DNA from: Octopus vulgaris | Taxonomy: Eukaryota | DNA: 64,000 nt | Reading direction: 5' to 3' | Assembly (NCBI GenBank): GCA_951406725.2 | Contig: OX597815.1 | Span: 6,944,001 to 7,008,000, forward strand | Shown here: piece by piece, positions 63,826 to 64,000 of the stretch | Numbering within the stretch: the first letter of the stretch is position 1 | Layout: the number at the start of each line of letters is the position of its first letter | Notes under the pieces: generated by a model | Database searches by the model: none | The model's input: only the letters and a program-made list of their open reading frames with translations | Told to the model about the DNA's origin: nothing | Program-made: the position numbers and the translations under genes

Positions 63826-64000
63826 AAGATCTTTCAGTTTCCATCTACCAAATCCACTCACAAGACTTTGGTCAACCTGGGGCTACAGTTGAAGACACTT
63901 GCCTAAGGTGTCACACAGTGGGACTGAACCTGGAATCATGTGATTGATGAGCAAACTTGCTAGTCAATAAACACCGAGTTCATAGTCCTGCTGTTAACAG

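Overview
Eukaryotic, AT-rich, repeat-dense genomic DNA. The SINE/RTE repeat landscape looks like an octopus (coleoid cephalopod) genome; this is inferred from memory of the repeat families and was not checked by search. The window holds one complete protein-coding gene on the + strand, a FAM76A/B orthologue. It has 9 coding exons from ATG 14415 to TGA 50558, all with GT-AG introns in consistent phase, giving 1596 nt and 531 aa. The protein has a Cys-rich N-terminus, a greatly expanded K/E/S/His-rich middle encoded by exon 5, and a C-terminal coiled coil. Most of the rest is transposon-derived: three tRNA-derived SINE families, RTE, CR1 and R4-type LINE remnants, the RTE 3'-UTR with 66-bp tandem units, mariner and DD37D (maT) relics, Helitrons (including a head-to-tail trimer), a Helentron-type element and TTAA-flanked MITEs amplified into a 252-bp satellite. 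The most unusual signal is a set of small, highly structured elements carrying minimal type I hammerhead ribozyme motifs. These lie at 31.9 kb and 39.7 kb, with a half motif at 56.9 kb and a G3:C8 core-swapped variant at 47.7 kb. All are on the minus strand, and some show tandem or fold-back layouts typical of Penelope-like elements and retrozymes. Nearly all short ORFs in the supplied track are repeat artefacts.
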